Shown: in pieces, positions 28,401 to 32,000 of the stretch
Layout of the letters: the number at the start of each line of letters is the position of its first letter
Numbering within the stretch: the stretch's first letter is position 1
Assembly: GCF_003231495.1 (NCBI RefSeq)
Contig: NZ_PQWO01000019.1
Coordinates: 30,001 to 62,000, forward strand
Length of the DNA stretch: 32,000 nucleotides
Source: Acaryochloris thomasi RCC1774
GTDB lineage: Bacteria; Cyanobacteriota; Cyanobacteriia; Thermosynechococcales; Thermosynechococcaceae
Direction: 5' to 3'
Program-made: the position numbers and the translations under genes
Notes under the pieces: model-generated
Told to the model about the DNA's origin: nothing
The model's database searches: none
What the model saw: the letters and a program-made list of their open reading frames with translations, nothing else

Positions 28401-28669
28401 GAACTGGTGCCGTCGTTGCTGCTGCTGGAAGTGATGTAGCGCAGTCCTTCAGCCCCGTTAATCTCCCGCTCTAAAATGGTGGTAACCGCATCTTCAACCG
28501 TCTGGGCATCGGCCCCAATGTAGTTTGCCCTCACGTTCACTTGCTTGGGGCTGATATCAGGGTATTGAGCAACCGGTAGCGTCGGAATACACACCAATCC
28601 CATCAACAGAATAATTAAGGCACAGACCGTGGTGAAAACCGGACGTTTGATGAAAAAGTTGACGAGCAT
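25484..28669 (-). CDS. RND efflux transporter permease (AcrB/HAE1-like)
   Basis: 1061 aa. The N-terminus FFIKRPVFTTV, the 12-TM two-large-loop architecture and conserved TM4 DD (GMVVDDAIVIVE) are typical of RND pumps. Confidence 0.95.
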   Translation of the reverse strand: MLVNFFIKRPVFTTVCALIILLMGLVCIPTLPVAQYPDISPKQVNVRANYIGADAQTVEDAVTTILEREINGAEGLRYITSSSSNDGTSSITATFESTRDQDIAAVDVQNRVSLAEPQLPDTVLQTGVSVSKESSNFLLGFGLYSDTKEYDSTFLSNYADLYVVNALKSVDGVGNVQIFGERKYAMRLWLDPNRLASRNLTAQDVVDALQEQNIQVGAGQIGQPPIDSTQQFQLDLRAISQLRNVSEFEDLVIATGDSGNLVKLSDVGRAELGAENYSTFLRFRGNEAVGLGIVQIPGSNALEVARGVKATMEELSQDFPPGMIYDIGFDTTDFVEQSLVGVIWTLVQAVGLVVLVIFVFLQDWRTTIIPAITIPISLIGTFAFIKIFGFSINSLTLFGLTLATGMVVDDAIVIVEDISDRIQNRGMDPKLAALEAMKELTGAVIATSLVLMAVFIPVAFFPGTTGALYRQFALTIAFAIAVSTFNALTLTPTLSGLLLRRNATLPDWLGWLRWGFRQFNRFLDSMRRVYGRSLQWMNRFKYLVLAIFAALLALTAWLYQTVPSAFLPDEDQGYFITLVRGPEGVSLNYTSDVMRQIEEKLLPIPEVRATFAVGGFGFSGSTANSGIIFTTLKPWSERKDPEKSALAIIGRVQGELSQISEANILPLNPPSIQGLGSFGGFQFQLQDRRGNLEISQLVENMGALLGAANQRPEIAAAFSTYAANTPQIEVDINRDQAKSLQVDIDDIFNTLQTYLGSQFVNNFTLGRRTYRVYVQADEQFRSNPEDINNLYVRSNDDQIIPLSNLVTTTTQTGAQTINHYNLNRSIEINGIPAPGASSGQVIKAMETVADQTLPPGLGYEWSGTSLEEIESGGQAAIIFGLGLFLVFLVLAAQYESFVDPTIIMLSVPLAVLGALIAQSIRGLPNDVYCQIGLVMLIGLASKNSILIVEFANLLREQGLPIRKAAFEAAQQRLRPILMTAISTLIGIFPLVIASGAGAASRRSLGTAVFGGMFIATFLSLFVVPILYIVIKGLVDHIRPRHPDSDRPALEPSPTSTGASQR

Positions 28670-28674
28670 GGGAA

Positions 28675-30000
28675 TTACTCTGACTGGGCTTCAATCGGGG
28701 CACCGTCCGACAAATTAAGGATGCCAGAAGTGACAATGGTTTCTCCTGGTCGAAGGCCTTCAATAACTTGATAGCTGTTGCCCTGAATCTTACCCAGCTC
28801 TACAGCACGTTGACTGGCGACCAGGCCCTCAGGCTCATCTTCCGGCGGTTCGGCGACGAAGACAAAGGTCTCTCCCCCAAGTCGAGAGACAGCAGAAGTT
28901 GGAACCAGCACTCCAGTTCGTTTTTGCCAAATCACGGTACCAGAGACCCGCTGGGCATCTTGGAGCTGGCCGTTGTTGCGAAAGCTGGCCGTAGCCAAAA
29001 CAGATTGGGTCGCGGCATTGGCGGTAGGAGAGATAAAGCTGATGTTACCTGTGGCAAGAGTCCGGTCATTTTGAAATGAGCGCACTTCCACAGGTAGGCC
29101 GACCTGTAGCTGGTTGCGGCGCTCCAGGGGAATCGATAGCTTCACCTCTAGCGTCTGATTTTGGGTAATCGTGGTCAGCGTGTCACCGATATCAACGTAG
29201 TCGCCCACCTTGATGGGAATATCACCCACAATTCCTGCGATGGGAGCCACGACCTGTGTATCCTGTAAATCTTCGCGCGTGGCGGCGGCGGCGGCGGTGG
29301 CCTGAGCCTGTTCTGCTTTAGTGGCTTCAAGGTTAGCTTTGGCGGCCTGAATTTGTTTGTCGGCAGCGACGAGGGCAGCTTGAGCAGAGTTGCGATCGCG
29401 AGTTACCCGGTCCAATTCCTGGCGGGCTAGAACCCCCTGAGAAACGAGTGTTGAGGTCCGTTTGTACTCTGTGTTTTGGAGGTCTACTTCTGCAGCAGCC
29501 TGTGCTCGTTGGGCCTGAACTGACCCCAGTTCAGCCTGAGCATTGCTGCGGTTCGCCCGAGCTGAGCTAATAGTTGCCAGAGCGGCACGGAACTCAGCCT
29601 GACTTTTTCCAGAGTTAAGCTGTAGCACAGGTTGATTGGGCTGCACCGGCGCGCCAGCAGCTACAAAAACCTGGGTCACACGGCCCTCGACCTTTGGCTT
29701 AAGATCAATGCCCTCTTGAGCTTCTAGATTGCCGACAAAACTGGTCCCATCTTCAATCGTGCTGGCCTGCAGCCGCTGCAGCTTCACTAGAGTTGCTTGG
29801 GCGGTCGGTGGTCCCGCTTGCTGAGAAGAGACAGGGGGTGAGAGCCAGCGCCACAACATTATCCCCCCCCCAATTGAGAGAAGTCCTAACAGGATCCACT
29901 GTCCGTTCTTCCGAAAGACCGATGCTGCTCGGGAACGAGAGCCTTTTCCAGCGGAGGGACTAGAAGAATCCGCCATGTTTGATAATTCAGAAGATTTCAT
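28675..30000 (-). CDS. efflux RND transporter periplasmic adaptor (membrane fusion protein, HlyD/AcrA family)
   Basis: An N-terminal TM anchor, then an Ala/Gln-rich coiled-coil hairpin, a lipoyl-like VVAPIAGIVGDIPIKVGDYV segment, and a beta-barrel C-terminus. Its stop lies 5 nt before the RND start. Confidence 0.9.
   Translation of the reverse strand: MKSSELSNMADSSSPSAGKGSRSRAASVFRKNGQWILLGLLSIGGGIMLWRWLSPPVSSQQAGPPTAQATLVKLQRLQASTIEDGTSFVGNLEAQEGIDLKPKVEGRVTQVFVAAGAPVQPNQPVLQLNSGKSQAEFRAALATISSARANRSNAQAELGSVQAQRAQAAAEVDLQNTEYKRTSTLVSQGVLARQELDRVTRDRNSAQAALVAADKQIQAAKANLEATKAEQAQATAAAAATREDLQDTQVVAPIAGIVGDIPIKVGDYVDIGDTLTTITQNQTLEVKLSIPLERRNQLQVGLPVEVRSFQNDRTLATGNISFISPTANAATQSVLATASFRNNGQLQDAQRVSGTVIWQKRTGVLVPTSAVSRLGGETFVFVAEPPEDEPEGLVASQRAVELGKIQGNSYQVIEGLRPGETIVTSGILNLSDGAPIEAQSE
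29863..29871 (-). repeat. homopolymeric G9 tract (C9 on the plus strand) inside the adaptor gene
   Basis: Read directly from the sequence: ATCCCCCCCCCAATT. It encodes Gly-Gly-Gly (GGG GGG GGG) in ...LLSIGGGIMLW. It is the longest homopolymer I saw in the window. Confidence 0.95.
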
Positions 30001-30016
30001 GTTCTATGTCGAAACA

Positions 30017-30038
30017 GTGAGACTTGATTAGGTCTCAC
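30017..30038. repeat. inverted repeat GTGAGAC-N8-GTCTCAC just upstream of the adaptor/RND operon start (possible operator or 5'-UTR hairpin)
   Basis: Perfect 7-bp arms at 30017-30023 and 30032-30038, 17 nt from the ATG at 30000. Its function is not established. Confidence 0.3.
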
Positions 30039-30542
30039 AATTATCTATACGTCAACGTAGCCCTTGGGTACATTCTTGGCATAGCTGAGATAGCCATTTA
30101 CAGGGCGCCACACCAGTCGCCGACACCTCAGAGAGACGGCTGGAACACTATATTAAGCCACTATCTGCAAAGAATAATTTAAAAAGCTGCGATGTTTTTA
30201 AAGATGAGGATACTAAAAGAGGCCCGAACAATTACGATCTATTATGAACAGAAAAATCAGGATTTTGCCATATTTTTTATAAGCTCACCTGCTGAAAAAG
30301 CACCAGAAGTCTGATTCAGCAATGATCGTACTTATTGAGAATCAGTACTAAGACAACTTGTAAAACTTGGCCTGAATGCGTATATTTCAACTGATCCTTG
30401 TTGTTGTTAGGCAAATAGAGCGGGAATACCTACGTCAGATGGGCGGAAGCCCGATCCCAGCCAAAGGTCGGTTCCTTTCTACAATAGCGATAGGCAAGTA
30501 TTCTAATGTCGCTGCTGTCTATCGTTGAGTCACGCAAGAGCC

Positions 30543-32000
30543 ATGCAACCCACAAACCCCAACCAATTTACTGAAAAAGCCTGGGCTGCGATCGCAAATT
30601 CGCAGAACATCGTCAAACAGGCCCGCCAGCAGCACATGGAGAGCATCCATTTGATGCAGGCGCTGCTAGAGGAAGAGGGGTTAGCCAGTCAGATTTTTAA
30701 TAAAGCCGGGGCCAACGTCCAAGAGGTTCGAGATCGTACCGCCTCAGTCATTAATGGACAGGCAAAGCTTGCCCAACCGAGTGACTCTATCTATTGCGGT
30801 CGCAGCCTCGACCAGCTTCTCGATCAGGCCGAAGCCCTGCGAAAAGAATTCAACGATGACTACATTTCTGTTGAGCATCTGGTTTTAGCCTTTGCTAAAG
30901 ACGATCAGTTTGGCAAGCCACTCATGAAAGGGCTAGGGCTCGATGAAGCCAAGCTCAAAAAAGTGATTGAAGACATCAGAGGAAACCAACGAGTGACCGA
31001 CCAGACCCCAGAAGTGAAGTACGAATCCCTAGAAAAATATGGTCGAGACCTCACGGAGCTGGCACGCTCCGGCAAACTTGATCCTGTTATTGGTCGAGAC
31101 GACGAGATTCGCCGCACTATCCAGATTTTGTCTCGCCGCACCAAGAATAACCCCGTGCTGATTGGGGAACCGGGCGTGGGCAAAACGGCCATTGCAGAAG
31201 GATTAGCTCAGCGCATTATTGCCCGTGATGTACCCGAGTCTTTACGTGATCGTCAACTGATTGCCCTCGATATGGGTTCCCTGATTGCAGGCGCAAAGTT
31301 CCGAGGTGAATTTGAAGAACGCCTTAAGGCTGTCCTTAAAGAAGTGATGGACTCCGAGGGGCAGATCATCTTGTTCATTGATGAAATTCATACGGTGGTA
31401 GGTGCAGGCGCTAGCCAAGGCGCAATGGATGCCGGAAATCTATTGAAGCCAATGCTGGCAAGAGGTGAGCTTCGTTGTATAGGCGCGACAACGTTGGATG
31501 AATATCGTAAATACATTGAAAAAGATGCGGCATTGGAACGGCGTTTTCAGCAGGTATACATCGATCAACCCAGTATTACGGATACCGTCTCAATTTTGCG
31601 CGGTCTAAAAGAACGCTACGAAGTTCACCACGGCGTCAAGATTGCAGACAGTGCCTTAGTTGCAGCAGCAACGCTGTCGACGAGGTATATTTCGGATCGC
31701 TTCTTGCCGGACAAGGCCATTGATTTAATGGATGAGGCCGCCGCCAAGCTGAAGATGGAGATCACGTCTAAGCCGGAGGAGCTAGATGAGATTGATCGCA
31801 AGATTCTGCAGTTTGAGATGGAACGGTTATCTCTGCAAAAGGAAAGCGATCGCGCCTCTAAAGATCGTCTCAAGTCTTTAGAGAAAGAGCTGGCAGACCT
31901 CAAAGAAGAACAGTCAAGCCTTACAACCCAGTGGCAGTCTGAGAAAGAAGGGATTGATCAGCTTCAGGTGATCAAAGAAGAAATCGATCGCGTCAATATT
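30543..32000 (+). CDS. clpB: ATP-dependent chaperone ClpB, N-terminal 486 codons (3' part lies right of the window)
   Basis: My own translation from the ATG at 30543 stays open to the window end. It contains the N-domain, then [39 protein letters not shown] (Walker A), [14 protein letters not shown] (Walker B), and the start of the M-domain coiled coil. It is not in the ORF track because no stop lies in the window. Confidence 0.95.
   Translation, partial: MQPTNPNQFTEKAWAAIANSQNIVKQARQQHMESIHLMQALLEEEGLASQIFNKAGANVQEVRDRTASVINGQAKLAQPSDSIYCGRSLDQLLDQAEALRKEFNDDYISVEHLVLAFAKDDQFGKPLMKGLGLDEAKLKKVIEDIRGNQRVTDQTPEVKYESLEKYGRDLTELARSGKLDPVIGRDDEIRRTIQILSRRTKNNPVLIGEPGVGKTAIAEGLAQRIIARDVPESLRDRQLIALDMGSLIAGAKFRGEFEERLKAVLKEVMDSEGQIILFIDEIHTVVGAGASQGAMDAGNLLKPMLARGELRCIGATTLDEYRKYIEKDAALERRFQQVYIDQPSITDTVSILRGLKERYEVHHGVKIADSALVAAATLSTRYISDRFLPDKAIDLMDEAAAKLKMEITSKPEELDEIDRKILQFEMERLSLQKESDRASKDRLKSLEKELADLKEEQSSLTTQWQSEKEGIDQLQVIKEEIDRVNI

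Noticed and set aside
29281-29301. (GGC)5-GGT-GGC trinucleotide repeat in the adaptor gene, encoding ATAAAAA
   Set aside because: It is short and in-frame, within an Ala-rich coiled-coil region. Any slippage would keep the frame, so it is unlikely to be functionally meaningful.
30057-30071. GTAGCCCTTGGGTAC, an NtcA-like GTA...TAC palindrome upstream of the efflux operon
   Set aside because: The spacer is 9 nt, not the 8 nt that the NtcA consensus requires.

Overview
The window reads as a cyanobacterial chromosomal segment. Support for this: 19 copies of the HIP1 octamer GCGATCGC, a PII protein with the RYRGSEY T-loop, an HLIP gene, and group 2 and group 3 sigma factors. I see about 31 protein genes and one tRNA. 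There is no rRNA, CRISPR array, transposase or integrase.

Gene order, left to right:
- urtD (3' end) and urtE
- a 71-aa AtzG-like ORF translationally coupled to an AtzE-like amidase
- a hypothetical gene, tRNA-His, accA, an SDR, folE
- aroE and glnB on the minus strand (glnB has a perfect NtcA box and a TTG start)
- a BI-1/YccA family membrane protein, a SigF-like sigma factor, acs
- a four-gene patch of small coiled-coil, secreted or membrane proteins I cannot assign (12.0-13.9 kb)
- a CruA-like lycopene-cyclase-family flavoprotein and a DEAD-box helicase
- a same-strand string of TPM-like, PHP phosphoesterase and membrane-anchored peptidoglycan amidase genes
- a group 2 sigma factor, a HAD hydrolase, an FAD monooxygenase, sfsA, a secreted hypothetical and hli
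- an RND pump with its adaptor
- the 5' 1458 nt of clpB, which is absent from the ORF track because it has no stop in the window

Several track ORFs begin at TTG or GTG, so I re-evaluated their starts.

The best candidates for undescribed biology are the urt-linked AtzG/AtzE-like two-subunit amidase and the uncharacterised coiled-coil gene patch. All calls come from reading the sequence and from motif memory. No database search or computation was run, and composition statements are by eye.
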